Shown: one piece after another, positions 25,289 to 30,494 of the stretch
Position numbering within the stretch: the stretch's first letter is position 1
How the letters are laid out: every line of letters begins with the position of its first letter
Source of the DNA: Cyanobacteria bacterium J06626_4
GTDB lineage: Bacteria > Cyanobacteriota > Cyanobacteriia > Phormidesmidales > Phormidesmidaceae
Reading direction: 5' to 3'
DNA length: 30,494 bases
Assembly: GCA_038523235.1 (NCBI GenBank)
Contig: JBCBJQ010000070.1
Span: forward strand, 1-30,494
Position numbers and translations under genes: made by a program
The notes under the pieces: generated by a model
What the model was told of the DNA's origin: nothing
Seen by the model: only the letters and a program-made list of their open reading frames with translations
Databases searched by the model: none

Positions 25289-25347
25289 CAAAAAGATGCG
25301 TTTGGGGCCCAAAATCCCTAGCCAGCCCTGCGGGATTTTCCTAATGT
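25289..25347 (+). promoter_or_regulatory. Motif A promoter cassette upstream of MFS2
   Basis: ATGCGTT (25296-25302), 7 nt, CAAAATCCCTAG (25310-25321); TAGCCA (25319-25324), 17 nt, TAATGT (25342-25347). Confidence 0.7.
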
Positions 25348-25403
25348 GGCGAAGCGCTGTGTTGTCCGCAGTCCACCCTAAACACTGTTGACTGAGCCCC
25401 TCG

Positions 25404-26669
25404 ATGCGTACATTTACTTTGATTTGGTTCGGTCAGCTAGTTTCCGCCATTGGCAGCCGCATGACCTTTTTTGCCCTAACGCTCTGGGCTTGGGACGCGA
25501 CCGGTTCCGCGACGACCCTGGCCCTGGTGGGGTTGTTTTTTCAACTACCGCAAATTCCGACTACCCTGTTTGCCGGAGTCATTGTCGATCGCGTTAACCG
25601 CAAAACGCTGATGCTGCTGGGGGATGCCACGACCGCAATCGCCACCTTGATGATCGGCGGCCTTTACCTCACCCAGCAACTGGCGATCTGGCACTTGTAC
25701 TTAGTGGCCATGCTCGCTGGGAGCTTCAGCCAGATTCAGATGTTGGCTTATCAAGCCTCACTATCTCTACTGGTGCCTCAGCAGCAGTACACTCGGGCCG
25801 CCAGTATGGGGGCAATCGTGCACTACGGTTCACAGATTTTCGCCCCCGCCCTGGCCGGTGTCTTGTATCCCGTCATTCAGCTGTCGGGTATTGTGGGCAT
25901 TGACTTGACTACCTTTGCGATCGCGTTCATCACGCTGCTGCTGGCCCCCATTCCCCAACCGTCAAAAGCCGCACCCCAGTCAGAGCACTGGACTCGGCAG
26001 CTCACATTTGGCTTTCGCCATATCTGGCAGCAACCCCAACTCAAAGCGCTGCTTCTCTTCACCCTGATGTTTGTATTTGCCCACGATTTGGGGTCAGCGC
26101 TCTATCAACCGATGATTTTGGCGCGGACCGGCGGCAGTGCTCAAGCCCTTGCCAGTGTTTCGGCGGCCGCTGGTGTGGGTGGGGTCGCTGGAGCCGTGAT
26201 CGTGAGTCTTTGGGGTGGCCCTAAGCGACGAGTTTGGGGCCTATTGGCCGGATATATTGGCGCGGGCCTGAGCAAGCTGGTCTTTGGCTTGGGGCGATCG
26301 CTCACGGTTTGGGTACCGGCTCAGGTCTGCTCATCACTCAATTTTCCTCTTTTAGGCAGCTGCCGCAGCGCCTTGTGGATGGCCCACGTTGCGCCAGATA
26401 TTCAGGGAAGAGTCTTTGCGGCCAATTCTCTCGTGACGCAGGTCGCCAGCATTTTGGCTACAGGGCTAGCAGGGCCACTAGCAGACCGCCTGTTTGAGCC
26501 CGCCATGATGTCCAATAGTGGATTGGCCAATTGGCTCAGTCCTCTATTTGGCAGCGGTGCGGGTGCTGGCATGGCAGTACTCTATACAGCATGTGCCGCA
26601 GCACTGCTCCTCCTTGGCATCAGCGGTTTCTTTGTCCCATCCCTCAGAGCAAAGGTTAAACAGCTTTAG
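25404..26669 (+). CDS. MFS transporter (EntS/MefA-like) [MFS2], paralog of MFS1
   Basis: MRTFTLIWFGQLVSAIGS, AGVIVDRVNRK, WGGPKRR, VAPDIQGRVF, AGPLADRLFEP. Confidence 0.92.
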   Translation: MRTFTLIWFGQLVSAIGSRMTFFALTLWAWDATGSATTLALVGLFFQLPQIPTTLFAGVIVDRVNRKTLMLLGDATTAIATLMIGGLYLTQQLAIWHLYLVAMLAGSFSQIQMLAYQASLSLLVPQQQYTRAASMGAIVHYGSQIFAPALAGVLYPVIQLSGIVGIDLTTFAIAFITLLLAPIPQPSKAAPQSEHWTRQLTFGFRHIWQQPQLKALLLFTLMFVFAHDLGSALYQPMILARTGGSAQALASVSAAAGVGGVAGAVIVSLWGGPKRRVWGLLAGYIGAGLSKLVFGLGRSLTVWVPAQVCSSLNFPLLGSCRSALWMAHVAPDIQGRVFAANSLVTQVASILATGLAGPLADRLFEPAMMSNSGLANWLSPLFGSGAGAGMAVLYTACAAALLLLGISGFFVPSLRAKVKQL

Positions 26670-26705
26670 CTTGACCATCCCGTTTGGCTAAATCGGCGGA
26701 GTTTT

Positions 26706-26724
26706 GATAAGAATAAATCTCATT
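26706..26724. promoter_or_regulatory. Fur-like box upstream of fetA
   Basis: GATAAGAATAAATCTCATT; core TAAGAAT-A-AATCTCA matches TGAGAAT-N-ATTCTCA at 12/14; followed by -10-like TATACT (26725-26730). Confidence 0.65.
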
Positions 26725-26814
26725 TATACTAATTGCCGCCGCCTTTCACAAACGGTTTGGCGTGAATCCGCGCTCGCTCCGTGGCCACTAATGCTGAGGT
26801 TATTCAAAACACAG

Positions 26815-27492
26815 ATGTCTTCAACTCAGTTGAGCCCAGTTTTGTCAGTTTCTAAGATTGGCCGCCAGTTTCAAGGTCGCTGGATTTGGCAAGATATTAG
26901 CTTTGAACTTTTTCCGGGCGATCGCTTGGCAATTGTGGGCTCCTCGGGTGCCGGTAAAAGCCTATTACTCAGGGTTTTAGCTGGGCTGGATTCGATCCAA
27001 TCAGGGCAAATTATCTTCCAGAATTGCCCACTGTCTACCTTAGACATGCCTCAGTTTCGAGCTCAAGTAATGTATCTACACCAGCAACCGGCTTTATTTG
27101 AAGGCAGTGTCGAGTCAAACTTACAGCAGGTCTATAAACTAGCCATCCACCGCGACAGAACCTATGATCGCGCCAGAATTCTGGCCTATTTGTCAAGCTT
27201 AGACCGTTCTGCCGACTTTCTAGAACGTTCCGTAGAACACCTCTCAGGCGGAGAGAAACAAATCGTCGCCTGTCTGCGGTCTTTGCAATTATCACCGCAG
27301 GTCTTGCTGTTAGATGAACCCACCGCTTCACTCGATAAAACCACAACCGAGCAATTAGAAATACTGATTGCTCAATGGCAACGAACCGATGCTCTCAAAG
27401 CTTATATCTGGATCAGCCATGACCCCGAGCAGATAGAACGGGTGACCGACTGCCAGTTAGTTTTGTCTGGTTCCCCACTCCCTCACGCCTAA
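26815..27492 (+). CDS. fetA: ABC transporter ATP-binding protein, FetA/YbbL-like
   Basis: Walker A GSSGAGKS, QQPALFEGSVESNL, LSGGEKQ, LLLDEPTASLD, WISHD; directly upstream of a FetB-like permease. Start placed at ATG 26815. Confidence 0.8.
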   Translation: MSSTQLSPVLSVSKIGRQFQGRWIWQDISFELFPGDRLAIVGSSGAGKSLLLRVLAGLDSIQSGQIIFQNCPLSTLDMPQFRAQVMYLHQQPALFEGSVESNLQQVYKLAIHRDRTYDRARILAYLSSLDRSADFLERSVEHLSGGEKQIVACLRSLQLSPQVLLLDEPTASLDKTTTEQLEILIAQWQRTDALKAYIWISHDPEQIERVTDCQLVLSGSPLPHA

Positions 27493-27495
27493 CTG

Positions 27496-28296
27496 ATGAA
27501 CAACTACATCCCCATTGACAATTGGCAGCTGGCCCTTGCTGCTGCTCTAATTTTGGTCAACATTGCTCTCTCGCTGGGTTTACGGCTGGGCTTAGCCAGA
27601 AAATTAGGCGTTGCTGCATTGCGGATGGTGGTACAGCTGCTCTTAGTGGGATATGTGTTGGGTTGGATTTTCGCCTTGGATAATCCCCTTTGGGTGTTGC
27701 TGTTAGTGTTCATGATGAGTGCGATCGCTGGCAATGCTTCGGTCAACCGCACCCGCCGTCGCTTCCCTTCCATCTACTGGAACAGTTTCGTTTCAATTCT
27801 GGCAGCCAGTGGTTTTGTGACGGGGTTATTGGTAGAAGGCATTATTCACATTCATCCTTGGTATGACCCGCAATACGTGATTCCGCTGTTGGGGATGGTT
27901 TTGGGAAATGCGCTGACCGGAACATCTTTAGCCTTAGACCGATTAATGGAAGATTTGGTCAGTCGGCGATCGCAGATTGAATCCCTTTTAGCGCTGGGAG
28001 CAACCCGTTGGGAAGCCGCGAATGAAACCCTTAAAGAAGCGCTGCGTACTGGGATGATTCCTACCATCAACTCAATGATGGTGTTGGGACTGGTGAGTTT
28101 ACCCGGCATGATGACGGGGCAAATGCTGGCAGGGGTGAATCCCACCAACGCCGTACGCTATCAAATCATCATTTACTTCACCCTGGCTGCAGGGACTGCG
28201 CTTGCTTGCATTAGCGTGATTCTGCTCGCCTTTCAGGTTTTGTTTAGCCCAGAACACCAGTTACGACTCGAACGATTACGAAAAATCGATGCTTGA
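27496..28296 (+). CDS. fetB: ABC permease, FetB/YbbM (UPF0014) family
   Basis: RMVVQLLLVGYVL, PQYVIPLLGMVLGNA, LALGAT, GLVSLPGMMTGQMLAG, AVRYQI family motifs. Confidence 0.92.
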   Translation: MNNYIPIDNWQLALAAALILVNIALSLGLRLGLARKLGVAALRMVVQLLLVGYVLGWIFALDNPLWVLLLVFMMSAIAGNASVNRTRRRFPSIYWNSFVSILAASGFVTGLLVEGIIHIHPWYDPQYVIPLLGMVLGNALTGTSLALDRLMEDLVSRRSQIESLLALGATRWEAANETLKEALRTGMIPTINSMMVLGLVSLPGMMTGQMLAGVNPTNAVRYQIIIYFTLAAGTALACISVILLAFQVLFSPEHQLRLERLRKIDA

Positions 28297-28489
28297 AGAA
28301 ACACCAGCTAGTAGTCAGCCACGTGGAATTAGACCGGTAGGAGAGGGTCGTTGATAGCGGCTCACATCCCCTACGTTTCATGCCTAATAGATACGTTTCC
28401 AATAATGGCGAGGTCTGTTTCGAATTAAGCGATACCGCTGGACAACTTACTTGCCGCGCTATGGTGAGAGCACAAGCGATCGCGCTGCG

Positions 28490-30494
28490 CTACATCATTG
28501 ACAGTGTTGGGCCACCAGAGCTAGTCAAGCTAGGAATAGAAATCAATGATGCTTGAGGCTGCTGAGAAGAGTCTATATCGAGCAGCGAATGTAGCCCCGT
28601 GCCGAATTGCAAGCTTTCTGACTGATTCTGAAACAGCATGGAAAATTGCTGAGTGCCAATTGGATCTTCCAGCTTTTCCGACGGTAGAGAGCGTTCAGGG
28701 TTGTCAACGATTTCGTGGCCTCCTTGCAGCAGGGAGTCATCGGCCACGAGAAGAACGCCAAAAGTGCTTTCTGAGAAAGCTACATCGGCGGCTGCTTGAG
28801 ATATTGCATTTTTACCAGGCTGCCTTTGACCTTGAGAGCTTACTGGGACTTCGTGGTCTAAAACTTCCAAAAAGTCAGTGCCAATTTCGTCGATCACTTG
28901 TTCGAGCAACTGTTCATTGAATGAGACGGTAGGAATAGACAGATCAAAGACCGAATCTTGGTCAATATCATCTAGCAGGGTAGTCAGTTCTTGTTCAAAC
29001 AAATCAATCTGACTAGTAGTTTCGTCCTCTAGCTTATTAGTAGACTGTTTTACAAAATCACCGACCTCATCCTTAGTATAGAAAGCTTTCCAATCAGCAT
29101 TTTCGTCATTATTAGTATCAAGCGATAACCGATTTAACAGACCCTCGGCATCATAAATGCGCACATGAATCCAATCGCCATGGCTGTCATCGGTTGAGTG
29201 ATCGGTAGAATCAACATCTCTAACAAATCCAAAAGATGAGACATTCGCAGCACGGGCAGTGGCATCAGGCTCTGTTGCTGGATCAGGCTGACCTAATATT
29301 GGCGATGGCTGAGTCGGCGGGTCAGGCGTTGAAGGCGCATCGATCAGAGGATTGTCGTCACGGTCAAAATCTTTGAAGGGGGTAAATCCTGATGGGGGTG
29401 ACGGGTCCAAAGTGTCTTCAGTCTCTTGTTCATCATCTTCACTGGTAGTTGGGTCATCAGCTGTAGTTTTGCCACCGGCATCGATCTCCGAGGACGCCTT
29501 GGAAATGAGATATCGGTAATCAAAGCTGGGCGACCGCGCTGACAGCTCATCGCCCTGATAAAAAACAGAGCTACTGCCGTGTCGGGCATCTCCATCCGAT
29601 CCTCCATCAGAGGCCCTGTTAATCGGCACATCTTGACTTCCCGAAGCAATTTGAATAAGCGAGAGCGTCTGCTCTGGACCGTTAAGTAGTAGATGAGCGA
29701 GTTCTTGACTAGATGGAACCAAACCTCGGGTTGAACCAGGTGTAACCAGCAATTGCCCTGAATAATCGGCTAGTGATTCTACGACAGAGGAGGTCGGCAA
29801 ATTGCCTTCTAGATAATATTGTTCTAGCTTTTCACTCAGCTCTCGACCTGAGAGTTCACTAGTTGAGAAAAGCAAGCTTTTCTGATGAATATCTTCCTCG
29901 CCAGCCCTATAAAAATCTGCTGGTCTCAGGTCGTCAGGATTCAAGAAGTCTTCTACATTATCAACAGGGTTTTCGATATTGCTAAATTCAATGCCGAAAA
30001 TTTCTTTAGTCAACCAAACAGAGAAAAGAAAAATCAGAGATTCGACGGCAGCATTCGTACTGTTGTAGGAGGCTTTGGAACTATGCTGAGAAACGATATC
30101 TTCAATAGAAACGATATCTTGATGGGCGTTCTGAAACAGGGTGGTGAAGTACAATAGCTTGACCCTTTCGTCTTTTCCTTCTTGTACGGGTTTAATATTT
30201 TTTCTGATTCGATTTAAGAGCTGCTCAGCATATTCAGGCTCTTTGATTCTTTTGTGGATATGACTCCTCAAGTTGTTCCATTCTTCAGACTGAATCATGA
30301 CCTCAATCTGGTTTGATTCAAGCAGCGTCCAGAGAATATCCAAGCAGATACATTCCAGAGAGCCTTCTTGGCCTTCTAGCCCTGCAATAATGGTTGCAGC
30401 ATCAATTAGGTATTTATGACTTCGCTGAGCGAACATTTTAGAACTAAACAAATAAAGAAACTGAACGGTGCATCTTCCCGTTGCTATTAACTCA
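28490..30494 (-). CDS. Large acidic, low-complexity hypothetical protein; 5' end probably outside window
   Basis: At least 653 codons; the frame stays open to the edge (ELIATGRCTVQFLYLFSSKM...). Central and C-terminal parts rich in D/E/S/P; no recognisable domain. Confidence 0.65.
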   Translation of the reverse strand, partial: ELIATGRCTVQFLYLFSSKMFAQRSHKYLIDAATIIAGLEGQEGSLECICLDILWTLLESNQIEVMIQSEEWNNLRSHIHKRIKEPEYAEQLLNRIRKNIKPVQEGKDERVKLLYFTTLFQNAHQDIVSIEDIVSQHSSKASYNSTNAAVESLIFLFSVWLTKEIFGIEFSNIENPVDNVEDFLNPDDLRPADFYRAGEEDIHQKSLLFSTSELSGRELSEKLEQYYLEGNLPTSSVVESLADYSGQLLVTPGSTRGLVPSSQELAHLLLNGPEQTLSLIQIASGSQDVPINRASDGGSDGDARHGSSSVFYQGDELSARSPSFDYRYLISKASSEIDAGGKTTADDPTTSEDDEQETEDTLDPSPPSGFTPFKDFDRDDNPLIDAPSTPDPPTQPSPILGQPDPATEPDATARAANVSSFGFVRDVDSTDHSTDDSHGDWIHVRIYDAEGLLNRLSLDTNNDENADWKAFYTKDEVGDFVKQSTNKLEDETTSQIDLFEQELTTLLDDIDQDSVFDLSIPTVSFNEQLLEQVIDEIGTDFLEVLDHEVPVSSQGQRQPGKNAISQAAADVAFSESTFGVLLVADDSLLQGGHEIVDNPERSLPSEKLEDPIGTQQFSMLFQNQSESLQFGTGLHSLLDIDSSQQPQASLISIPSLTSSGGPTLSMM

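Larger units (their letters stand above)
910..28484. repeat. HIP1 octamer GCGATCGC dispersed through the window (about 30 copies)
   Basis: Examples at 910, 2698, 4396, 7601, 8059, 8144, 10027, 17520, 19561 and 27721. HIP1 overabundance is a known hallmark of cyanobacterial DNA. Confidence 0.9.

Noticed and set aside
26704..26814. N-terminal extensions in the ORF track for fetA (also araC2 15910-15975 and the ECF ATPase 10666-10734)
   Set aside because: They run through Fur-like boxes or the upstream gene; downstream ATGs give family-typical lengths.
100..30157. Many short antisense or out-of-frame ORFs, including similar-looking ones at 100-375, 5159-5428 and 23331-23540
   Set aside because: Shadows of the real genes; their similarity comes from paralogy of the receptors on the opposite strand.
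1..30494. Transposase, integrase, tRNA/rRNA, siderophore synthetase or tonB-exbBD genes
   Set aside because: No supporting motifs seen; all long ORFs except the terminal hypothetical one are assigned to transport, regulation or methyl transfer.

Overview
Cyanobacterial iron/metallophore-uptake island. About 30 HIP1 octamers (GCGATCGC) and AMIN-type TonB receptors point to a cyanobacterium; a filamentous Leptolyngbya/Nodosilinea-like host is my guess. The window holds five TonB-dependent transporters (the first is truncated), four FecB/FhuD-type binding lipoproteins, three AraC/PchR-type regulators, two EntS/MefA-like MFS carriers and a fetAB-like ABC pair. A minus-strand operon joins a divergent TonB receptor to a complete ECF transporter (S, T, fused double ATPase) and a SAM methyltransferase. 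An acidic hypothetical ORF runs off the right edge. There are no FecCD/FecE permease genes and no siderophore biosynthesis genes. Main points for follow-up: (1) the TonB receptor-ECF-methyltransferase operon, which lacks a periplasmic binding protein; (2) a recurring promoter cassette ATGCGTT-N7-CAAAATCYCTAG...TAAnnT in front of both MFS genes and one receptor; (3) a second operator type, a perfect 20-bp direct repeat with 21-bp period; (4) a set of 19-bp Fur-like boxes; (5) a GTGTGAGG element at three receptor start codons; (6) a 193-nt stretch of the ECF ATPase gene with only four G on the coding strand. All calls are from reading motifs by eye; no database searches were run.
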